Source: Patescibacteria group bacterium (GTDB lineage Bacteria > Patescibacteriota > Patescibacteriia > JAXHNJ01). Taken from it: a stretch of DNA of 64,000 nucleotides. This document shows positions 10,344 through 18,390 of the stretch, in pieces; the stretch's first letter is position 1; each line of letters starts with the position of its first letter. The translations under genes and the position numbers were made by a program. Where the stretch lies: positions 416,660 through 480,659 of the forward strand of contig JAXHNJ010000002.1 of NCBI GenBank assembly GCA_034520665.1, written 5' to 3'. The notes under the pieces were generated by a model. The model was not told where the DNA came from. It ran no database searches and was given only the letters and a program-made list of their open reading frames with translations.

Positions 10344-10350
10344 AAAACAT

Positions 10351-11712
10351 ATGTATTGGGCCAATTTTTTACACATTTATCAACCACCCACTCAAAAACC
10401 TTATTGGGTAAAAAAAATCGCTAACGAAGCTTATCGCAAGATTATAGCTGGTTTAAAAGAAAACCCTGAAGCTAAATTAACTCTTAATGTTAGTGCTGTT
10501 CTTTTAGAACTTTTTGAAGAAAACAACCTCATGGATATAATCAATGATCTTAGGAAATTAATAAAAAAAGGACAAGTAGAGCTTACCGGCAGTGCTAAAT
10601 ACCATCCTCTTTTACCAAAATTGCCTGAAGATGAAATAATAAGGCAAATAGAAATTAACAAAGAAACTCATAAAAAATATTTTGGAGATTTATTTGAAGC
10701 CAAGGGTTTTTTCCCGCCGGAAATGGGTTACTCTGACAAGGTAGCTAAAGTAGCGGAGAAAATGGGTTTTGATTGGGTTATTGTTGATGAACTTTCTTTC
10801 CCGGAAAATAAAGGAGAAATTGATTATTCTAAAATATACCAGGTAAAAAATACTAAAGATTTTAAAATATTTTTTCGCGAGAGAAAAATGAGCTGGAAAA
10901 TTCTTTCTGGACAATATGGCACTGGAAATTTACTAATTAATAGCCTGGGGGAAAGGCTTAAAAAAAATGAATACTTATTAACAGCTATGGACGGCGAAAC
11001 TTTTGGTCATCACCGGCCCGGTATGGAACACCTTCTTTTTGAAATCTATGAGTCTAAAAAATTAAAAACTGTCTTAATTTCTGAACTACCCCAAATATTT
11101 AAAAAACGGGAGAAAATTAAACCCCAGCCTTCCACTTGGGCTTTGATGGAAAAAGATTTGGAAAGAAACGCGCCTTTTTCTCGTTGGGAAGACCCAGGCA
11201 ATAAAATACACCAAAAACAGTGGCAGCTACAAAACCTAGCCATAGATTCTTTTAAAAAATACTCGGGAGACGACCCGGCCGTAAAAAAAATACGACATCT
11301 GCTTGACCGGGCTTTACATTCCGATCAATTCTGGTGGGCTTCAGCCAAGCCTTGGTGGAGCCTGGAAATGATTGAAGCCGGAGCTAAAGAACTTAATGGT
11401 GTTGTCCAAAATTTAAATAAAGCCCCTGACAAGATTAAAGAAAAAGCCAAAGAACTCTATCACGAAATAGTTTTTACTGGTTTTGAATGGCAGCGAAACG
11501 GAACCGTTGAAAATCTAAGCAAACAAGAAGATGAAGAAATACGTCAGCATACTGATGATGCCCTGCCAAAAATGCCCAAAAAAGAAATTGATAAAATTAT
11601 CAACAATCTTAAAAAAGAAATAAAAGCGGTAGTAGAAAAAGAAGAATACGAAAGAGCAGCCCAGCTGCGTGATCGTATAAAAGAATTAAAAAATTATGAA
11701 AAGAAAAAATAA
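10351..11712 (+). CDS. GH57 paralog with a C-terminal UVR (UvrB/UvrC-type) motif.
   Basis: FLHIYQPP, KGFFPPEMGY and LTAMDGETFGHH are GH57 motifs. The C-terminal EKEEYERAAQLRDRIKELK is a UVR coiled-coil motif. Confidence 0.7.
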   Translation: MYWANFLHIYQPPTQKPYWVKKIANEAYRKIIAGLKENPEAKLTLNVSAVLLELFEENNLMDIINDLRKLIKKGQVELTGSAKYHPLLPKLPEDEIIRQIEINKETHKKYFGDLFEAKGFFPPEMGYSDKVAKVAEKMGFDWVIVDELSFPENKGEIDYSKIYQVKNTKDFKIFFRERKMSWKILSGQYGTGNLLINSLGERLKKNEYLLTAMDGETFGHHRPGMEHLLFEIYESKKLKTVLISELPQIFKKREKIKPQPSTWALMEKDLERNAPFSRWEDPGNKIHQKQWQLQNLAIDSFKKYSGDDPAVKKIRHLLDRALHSDQFWWASAKPWWSLEMIEAGAKELNGVVQNLNKAPDKIKEKAKELYHEIVFTGFEWQRNGTVENLSKQEDEEIRQHTDDALPKMPKKEIDKIINNLKKEIKAVVEKEEYERAAQLRDRIKELKNYEKKK

Positions 11713-13724
11713 TGAAATATTTTAAACAAACCAAAAATAAAAAAGTAATGCGCCACTTTTTCAATTTAATAACCAAACAATACTATCCACCTGGCTCTAA
11801 ACTTAAAAAAATAGAAATTCATGATCAAAGTGGCACCTCTTTTAAAAAGGCTTTGAAATATATCCTTAAAATAAAACTGCCTTCTGGAAAAGAGGTAAGG
11901 AAAATCATCCGCGGCAATGTACCCTCCCGTGACACCCGGGAAGAAAGTTATATTGCCGACCGCACAAAAAAGATGTTATTTCAAAAAGATTTTGTCTCAG
12001 AAACCTGTCAAATTCCTTTTCCTCTAGGCTACTACAAAAAATTAAATTTAGTTCTTTATGAAGAATTTCCCGGAAAACCTTTTGCCTGTTTTATAAATAA
12101 AAGAAAAAGAATTAAAGAAATAACCCGAAAATCAGCTTATTGTTTGGCCCGTCTGCATAATATGAGAATAAAAAATAGTAAAAAGAAAAAATTATCAGAA
12201 ATTAAAGATGAAATTAGTTATTTTAAAGAAGATTATAAAAATAATTACCCGGATGTTTACGCTTTTGGCGCTTCCTTGCTAGACAATCTCTTCCCATTAA
12301 TCAAAAATGAGATTTTTAAAAACAAAAAGAAATTTATTTTAACTCACGGGGATTTCAACCCTAACAACATTATAGTCTGCGGGAAAAAAACGGCTCTGAT
12401 TGACTGGGGAAGAAGTAATCTTTTTGACCCCTTGAGTGACATGGGTAATTTTTTTGCCCAGCTCAATATTTTTAACTGGTGTGAGAATATTAGCCAAGAA
12501 AAAATAAAAAAAATTAAATTAACTTTCCGACATAAATATTTACAAGAAAGAAATATTACTTATCAAGCAATAAAAAGAAAACTAATAATTCATGAACTTT
12601 GGTGGATGATGCAAATTATGGCCTACACCGTTTCTACTCGCGATCCTCATGTTTCTCAGTTATTAGTTAATAAAACCCTAGAAAAAGCCCGCAAATACGC
12701 TAATTGGCTAGGCTTGGAAATTAATGAAGACATATTAAAAACAAAAAAATACCACGATTTAAAAAAGATTTTTAAAGACAAAGAGATAATGATGAAACTC
12801 TATTGTAAGGGGCGAAGAAAAATATTTCCCCAGGCTAAAAACATTATTGACCTGGAAATTGAACACCCTAAAGCGCTTTCACAAACTAGTTTTTTAACCC
12901 GTACTAAAATTACCTATACTAATAAAAAAAATAAGCCCGAAGAAATCACTATTAGAGGTAATACCATTAACAAAAACACTTTTCAAATAATGGAGTACGT
13001 TTACAAAAAAAATAAGAAAAATTTAATTTCTCCCCGCCCCCTATATTATTTTCCTGTGGTGCCTTATCTGCTTTACGAAGAGGTTCCGGGAAAACCTTTG
13101 AGAAAAATCTCTTTTAATTCAGCTAAATTTGCCAGACTAGTAAAAAAATCCGCTTTGGCCTTAGCTAACCTGCACAAACTTAAACCCCAAGGCATAAAAA
13201 AAAGAAATTTAAAAGAAAAAGAATATTTCAAAGAACTAAGAAAAAAAATAAAAAAATACGACCCAAAAAACAAAAAAATTATTTTTAAATACGTCCGCCT
13301 CTATCATAAAAAAATCCACCCCTCATTCAGAAAATCAAAAAGAGTCCTCACCCATAATGACTTTCAGGCTTCCAATATTATTGTCACTCCAGAAAATAAA
13401 ATAGCTATTATTGATTTTACTTTATCTTCAATGTTTTACCCCTCTTTTGATTTGGCCTGCTTCATTACCCATTTGAGAATTATGTTAGCCGATAAAGTTA
13501 GCCATAAAAAAATTGAAAAATTGCAAAAAAGTTTTCTTAATACCTATTTAAAAAAAATGTCTAAAGCCCGAGTTAAACAAATTAAAAAAAATCTCGGCTT
13601 GGCTCAAGTTCGGGCCGCTTTAGATATTTGGGCTATAACTGCTACTTTGATGGGGAAAAATGACAAAAATCGCCAAAAATATGTTAATATATTAAATAGA
13701 ATAATAAAAACTAATTTAAAATAA
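11712..13724 (+). CDS. Tandem-duplicated aminoglycoside-phosphotransferase/choline-kinase-fold kinase (two APH-like domains); putative sugar kinase (maltokinase-like?).
   Basis: Domain 1 has THGDFNPNNIIV (Brenner HGDxxxxN) and IDWGRSNLFDPLSDMG. Domain 2 has THNDFQASNIIV and IDFTLSSMFYPSFDLA. The gene sits between GH57 and glgA. Confidence 0.55.
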   Translation: MKYFKQTKNKKVMRHFFNLITKQYYPPGSKLKKIEIHDQSGTSFKKALKYILKIKLPSGKEVRKIIRGNVPSRDTREESYIADRTKKMLFQKDFVSETCQIPFPLGYYKKLNLVLYEEFPGKPFACFINKRKRIKEITRKSAYCLARLHNMRIKNSKKKKLSEIKDEISYFKEDYKNNYPDVYAFGASLLDNLFPLIKNEIFKNKKKFILTHGDFNPNNIIVCGKKTALIDWGRSNLFDPLSDMGNFFAQLNIFNWCENISQEKIKKIKLTFRHKYLQERNITYQAIKRKLIIHELWWMMQIMAYTVSTRDPHVSQLLVNKTLEKARKYANWLGLEINEDILKTKKYHDLKKIFKDKEIMMKLYCKGRRKIFPQAKNIIDLEIEHPKALSQTSFLTRTKITYTNKKNKPEEITIRGNTINKNTFQIMEYVYKKNKKNLISPRPLYYFPVVPYLLYEEVPGKPLRKISFNSAKFARLVKKSALALANLHKLKPQGIKKRNLKEKEYFKELRKKIKKYDPKNKKIIFKYVRLYHKKIHPSFRKSKRVLTHNDFQASNIIVTPENKIAIIDFTLSSMFYPSFDLACFITHLRIMLADKVSHKKIEKLQKSFLNTYLKKMSKARVKQIKKNLGLAQVRAALDIWAITATLMGKNDKNRQKYVNILNRIIKTNLK

Positions 13725-15196
13725 TGAAAAAAAGCAAAATTTTACTCACCGCTGCTGAATTAACGCCTATGGCCAAGGTTGGCGGCCTGGCTGATGTTAT
13801 CGGAGCCTTACCCAAAAATCTCATTCGAAACCATGTAGATACCCGTATTATTATCCCCAAATATGGTATTATCGATGAAAAAGAATACAATCTTAAAAAA
13901 ATCGCCTCTGATATTAAAGTCCCTTTTGGGAATAAAGAAGAGCTAATCAATATTTGGCAGAGTCATTTGCCGGGCAGCGCTGTTTTGGTTTATTTTATCG
14001 ATAACCAAAAATACCTGGGACGAAATGGAGTATATTTTGAAAAAGACGCTTCGCCGGGCGGATCATCACCGGAATGCCAGCGTTTTACCTTTTTCTCGCG
14101 CAGTATTTTTGAAACCTTTAAACCGCTTAATTTCCACCCGGAGGTTATTCATCTTCATGACTGGCATGTTGGTATTATTCCTTTTTTAAAAAATTACCTC
14201 GGACAAAAAAATCCATCTATTAGAAAAATAAAAACTCTCCTGACTATTCATAATCTGGCCTACCAGGGTAATTATAACTATAGAGAGGTTTTAGATTATC
14301 TCAACATAAAAAAAGAAGAGGCAAAAAATATGAAATTCATGCCCCTTGATAAAAATAACATTAAATATCTGCGCCAGGCTATTTTACACGCTGATTCCCT
14401 TAATACTGTTAGCCCCACTTACGCCCAGGAAATAATGAACGCCGAATATGGCGCCGGATTGGAAAAAGAGCTGCAAAAAAGAAAAGAAGATTTACACGGC
14501 ATTCTTAACGGAATTGATGTAGAAAGATTTAATCCGGCACTTGATCAAGAAATAATCAAGCAATATTCAATAGACAGATTAGAAAACAAAAAAATCAATA
14601 AAAAAAATCTTCAAAAAATTTCCGGGCTAAAGCAGTCTGAAGATACTCCAGTTTTAGGTCTAGTCGGACGCCTGGCAGAACAAAAAGGCATTGATCTTAT
14701 CTTGCAAATTTTACCCAAGCTAGCTAAAAATAACTGTCAATTAGTTTTATTAGGTACCGGCAATAAGGAGCTGGAAGAAAATTTAAAAAAAGCAGCTAAA
14801 AAATATAAAAACTGGCTCTCAGCTACTATAGATTTTGACGCTTCTTTGGCTCAGAAAATATACGCTGGCTCTGATATGTTTCTTATGCCTTCACGCTACG
14901 AGCCTTGCGGCCTGGGTCAGATGATCGCTATGCGCTACGGTAATATCCCTATTGTCCGGGCCACCGGGGGACTGGCTGATACTGTACATGAATTTAATCC
15001 AGAAAATGAGGTAGGCACTGGTTTTTGCTTTGAAAAATTTGAGGCGAGTGAGTTCTATAAAGCAACAAAAAGAGCCTTAGAAGTCTATAAAAATAAAGAA
15101 AAATGGCTGAAATTAATGAAAAATGGTATGAAAAAAGATTTTTCCTGGAATAAATCAGCTAAAAAATATATTGAGCTATATCATCAACTAATATAA
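13724..15196 (+). CDS. glgA: Glycogen synthase (GT5, GlgA), second copy.
   Basis: LTPMAKVGGLADVIGALPKNL and SRYEPCGLGQM. It is a paralog of the 7654..9114 gene. Confidence 0.85.
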   Translation: MKKSKILLTAAELTPMAKVGGLADVIGALPKNLIRNHVDTRIIIPKYGIIDEKEYNLKKIASDIKVPFGNKEELINIWQSHLPGSAVLVYFIDNQKYLGRNGVYFEKDASPGGSSPECQRFTFFSRSIFETFKPLNFHPEVIHLHDWHVGIIPFLKNYLGQKNPSIRKIKTLLTIHNLAYQGNYNYREVLDYLNIKKEEAKNMKFMPLDKNNIKYLRQAILHADSLNTVSPTYAQEIMNAEYGAGLEKELQKRKEDLHGILNGIDVERFNPALDQEIIKQYSIDRLENKKINKKNLQKISGLKQSEDTPVLGLVGRLAEQKGIDLILQILPKLAKNNCQLVLLGTGNKELEENLKKAAKKYKNWLSATIDFDASLAQKIYAGSDMFLMPSRYEPCGLGQMIAMRYGNIPIVRATGGLADTVHEFNPENEVGTGFCFEKFEASEFYKATKRALEVYKNKEKWLKLMKNGMKKDFSWNKSAKKYIELYHQLI

Positions 15197-15201
15197 TCTA
15201 T

Positions 15202-16200
15202 ATGTCCAGAAAAAAAACGAAAAAAACAAAAAGAAAAAAATCTAAATCTCCTAAAAATACCAAAAAGATTAATAAAAAAAGAGCTGAAATAAGGCAGGAT
15301 TATATCCATGACCGCGCGATAGTGGTTGCCCCTAGTCGCGGTAAAAGACCGCATCATTTTGAAGAAGAGGGAAAACCTGAAGAACTACCTAAAAAAACTT
15401 GTCCTTTTTGTCCCGATAAACAAAAGGGGGTCACGGCGTTGGCTAAAAAAGGGCGAGGCAATAAATGGAAAATCAAAGTAGTCAAAAACATTTTTGCTGC
15501 TGTCACTTTGGATAATGCCAAAGCTTATGGTCAGCAAGAAGTAGTTATTGAAACACCAAAACATGATCAGGAAATGGCCGAATTACCGATTAATCATATC
15601 CAGGATATTTTAAAAATCTACCAAAAAAGAACCGTTGATATTGCCAAAAATGAAAAAATGCGCTATATCTTAATTTTTAAAAACAACGGTGGCCGAGCCG
15701 GTGCTTCGATCACCCACGCCCATTCGCAAATTTTTGCTACCTCTTTTTTACCGCCTCATATTCTTAGTAAATTAACTCGGGCCCAGGAATACAAAATACA
15801 AATGGGTCATTGTTATTACTGTGATTTAACTAAAAAAGCGCCAAAAACTCCGCGCTTTGTTTGGGAAGATGAAAATGTTTCCTGCTTTACTCCTTATGCC
15901 TCCACCTATAATTATGAAGCCTGGATTTTGCCAAAAAGACACGTGGATAATATTGCCCATCTCAACAAAAAAGAGATTAATTCCATAGCCAAAATACTAA
16001 AAAAATTACTTGACAAACTTCATAAACATAAACTACCCTATAATTATTATCTCCATCAGGCTATCCATTATGATGACGAACATTTTTATTTACGAATTTC
16101 TCCTCGTAGAAATGTATGGGCCGGGTTGGAGTTGGGTTCGCGTTTAATAGTTAATTCTATGCCGCCGGAAGAAGCAGCCAAGTTTTATCGGAAAAAATAA
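15202..16200 (+). CDS. GalT-like HIT-superfamily hexose-1-phosphate nucleotidyltransferase (galactose-1-phosphate uridylyltransferase / ADP-glucose phosphorylase-like), with a K-rich N-terminal tail.
   Basis: CPFCPDKQKG is a GalT class I zinc motif. SITHAHSQIF carries the HxHxQ active site. The N-terminal 30 residues are almost entirely Lys/Thr/Arg. Confidence 0.7.
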   Translation: MSRKKTKKTKRKKSKSPKNTKKINKKRAEIRQDYIHDRAIVVAPSRGKRPHHFEEEGKPEELPKKTCPFCPDKQKGVTALAKKGRGNKWKIKVVKNIFAAVTLDNAKAYGQQEVVIETPKHDQEMAELPINHIQDILKIYQKRTVDIAKNEKMRYILIFKNNGGRAGASITHAHSQIFATSFLPPHILSKLTRAQEYKIQMGHCYYCDLTKKAPKTPRFVWEDENVSCFTPYASTYNYEAWILPKRHVDNIAHLNKKEINSIAKILKKLLDKLHKHKLPYNYYLHQAIHYDDEHFYLRISPRRNVWAGLELGSRLIVNSMPPEEAAKFYRKK

Positions 16201-16212
16201 TTTTACTAATAT

Positions 16213-16246
16213 AAAAAGACAGACTCGAAAAGAATCTGTCTTTTAT
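16213..16246. terminator. Bidirectional rho-independent terminator between the galT-like gene (+) and tyrS (-).
   Basis: The hairpin AGACAGA-ctcgaaaagaa-TCTGTCT has A-rich sequence on the 5' side and TTTTATT on the 3' side. Confidence 0.6.
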
Positions 16247-16248
16247 TA

Positions 16249-17454
16249 TTATTTGATTTTTAAAAACTTTCTTTTGCCGACTTTGATAATATCGTTTTTC
16301 TTGAAATTTATTTCTTTTTTAGGGTCTTTTATTTTTTTATCATTCATCGAAACCCCACCTTGCTCTATAAGTCGCCTGGCTTCGCTTTTACTCGTGGCTA
16401 AATCTGACTCCACTAGTAAGTCAATAATCGGTAATTTATTCTTTGTCGGGGAAAATATCGGAATATCGGAAGGACATTCTTTATTTTTAAAAACTTTTTC
16501 AAACTCTTTCTCGGCTGCCTTGGCTTTTTCTTCTGAATGATAAAGACTAACAATTTCACGGGCTAATCTGGCCTTATAATTTCGCGGATTATCGCCGGCT
16601 TCAAGGGCTTTTTTTATTTCTTCAACTTCTGATAAAGAAATTCGGGTAGCTAAAGTAAAATAATCAATTATCAATTTATCCGGAATAGACATAACTTTGC
16701 CAAACATATCGCCTGGTTCATCCCGTAAAGCAATATAATTATTAAAGGTTTTACTCATTTTCCGTCCGTCAGTGCCCATTAAATAATTAAGGGTCAATAT
16801 ATCCTGCACCGGCTGGTCCAGAGACCCTTGAATAGTCCGGCCCATCAGTAAATTAAATTTTTGTTCAATGGCCCCCAGCTCCAGATCAGCCTTAACCGCC
16901 ACTGAATCATACCCCTGTAAAAAAGGATAAAGTATTTCATGAGTGGATAAAGGCTGGCCCTTTTCCAAGCGTTTTTTAAAAGTTTCGTGAGATAGTATTT
17001 GAGCCAAGGTAGCTTTTGAAGTCAGGTCAATCACCGTCTGTAAATCAAATTCTTCAAACCATTCACTTTGCCATCTGATCTCAGTCTTTTTTTTATCTAA
17101 TATAATACTAGCTTGTTTAACATAATCCTTGGCATTTTTTTCTACTTGCTTATCAGAAAGCGGCTGTCGGGTTTTATCAAGACCCGAGGGATCACCGATA
17201 CGAGCGGTGTAATCACCGATAATTAAAACCACCTGGTGCCCTAATTCCTGAAAAGCCTTAAGCTTTAAAAGAGGAGCCGCATGACCAATATGCAAATCAT
17301 AACCTGTGGGATCAATACCCAGCTTAACTCTCAATTTTTTACCGGCATTAAGCTTTTTCTTTAAAACTTTTTCTTCAATTATCTCAGCTACGCCACGTTT
17401 GAGAATGTTTTTAATTATGTCTTTTTTATCCATAAGTATATTGAAAGTATACAA
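16249..17454 (-). CDS. tyrS: Tyrosyl-tRNA synthetase.
   Basis: HIGHAAPL (HIGH motif), KMSKT (KMSKS motif) and a C-terminal S4-like RNA-binding domain. Confidence 0.9.
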   Translation of the reverse strand: MYTFNILMDKKDIIKNILKRGVAEIIEEKVLKKKLNAGKKLRVKLGIDPTGYDLHIGHAAPLLKLKAFQELGHQVVLIIGDYTARIGDPSGLDKTRQPLSDKQVEKNAKDYVKQASIILDKKKTEIRWQSEWFEEFDLQTVIDLTSKATLAQILSHETFKKRLEKGQPLSTHEILYPFLQGYDSVAVKADLELGAIEQKFNLLMGRTIQGSLDQPVQDILTLNYLMGTDGRKMSKTFNNYIALRDEPGDMFGKVMSIPDKLIIDYFTLATRISLSEVEEIKKALEAGDNPRNYKARLAREIVSLYHSEEKAKAAEKEFEKVFKNKECPSDIPIFSPTKNKLPIIDLLVESDLATSKSEARRLIEQGGVSMNDKKIKDPKKEINFKKNDIIKVGKRKFLKIK

Positions 17455-17469
17455 TATTTTTGCTATAAT
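17441..17469 (+). promoter_or_regulatory. Sigma70-like promoter for the ROK glucokinase gene.
   Basis: TTGAAA (17441-17446), a 17-nt spacer, then TGcTATAAT (extended -10 at 17464-17469), 21 nt before the ATG at 17491. Confidence 0.5.
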
Positions 17470-17490
17470 GAAAACACTAAAAAAGTATTT

Positions 17491-18387
17491 ATGTCTTATT
17501 CTATTGGCCTAGACATTGGCGGCACTAAGATAAATACCGGTATTGTTAAAAATAACCGGGTTTTTAAAAATCACCAAATTAAAAGTCCGAGTAAAAAAGG
17601 ACCAAAAAAATTACTTCGCGAGATTAAAAAGGCTATTAATTATTACCAGCCTGAAAAGGCCAAAAATATTGCTATTTCCTTTGCCGGACCAGTAGATAAA
17701 AAAGGTAAAATTCTACACGCCACTAATTTTTCTTCCACCCTGGAAAACTATAACTTAAAAAAAGCTTTAAGAAAAATCTTTAAAAAAGAAATTTTTATTG
17801 AACACGACGGCTTTTGCTTTGTTCTGGCCGAAAGTATATTAGGCGCCGCCAAAAATTATAAATATATTATTGGTTTAACTTTGGGCAGCGGTATTGGCGG
17901 CGGTCTAGCAGTAGATAATAAAATTTATACCGGTTATAAAAATTTAGCTGAAATCGGACATTTTAAAATTTTAGAAAAAGGCTTCCAGTGCAGCTGCGGC
18001 CGTTTCGGTCATTTTGAAGCCCAGGCTTGCGGCTTTTCTTTAGAAAAATATTATAAAAAAATTACCGGCCAAAATAGATCTGGCAAGGAAATTTACAAAT
18101 TGTCTAAAAAGGGCGACAAAAAGGCTTTGAAAGCCGCGGAAATAACCGCCAAATACTTGGGCCTTGGCCTAGCCAGCTTAACTAATGTTCTAAGTCCGGA
18201 AATAATAGTGCTCGGCGGCGGTCTGTCCAACTTTACAAAAATAATTACTCTCTCTAAAAAAAGCTTTAAACAAGAATTAGTCGACCCTAGACATAAAAAA
18301 ACAAAAATAGTAAAATCTAAACTCGGACAAAAGGCTCTACTTTTAGGCGCTTACCTGACTACTAAAAAAAGAAATTATAAACTTTAA
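17491..18387 (+). CDS. glk: ROK-family glucokinase.
   Basis: The N-terminal IGLDIGGTKI is an ATP-binding motif. The ROK zinc motif is GHFKILEKGFQCSCGRFGHFEAQAC. Confidence 0.8.
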   Translation: MSYSIGLDIGGTKINTGIVKNNRVFKNHQIKSPSKKGPKKLLREIKKAINYYQPEKAKNIAISFAGPVDKKGKILHATNFSSTLENYNLKKALRKIFKKEIFIEHDGFCFVLAESILGAAKNYKYIIGLTLGSGIGGGLAVDNKIYTGYKNLAEIGHFKILEKGFQCSCGRFGHFEAQACGFSLEKYYKKITGQNRSGKEIYKLSKKGDKKALKAAEITAKYLGLGLASLTNVLSPEIIVLGGGLSNFTKIITLSKKSFKQELVDPRHKKTKIVKSKLGQKALLLGAYLTTKKRNYKL

Positions 18388-18390
18388 ATT

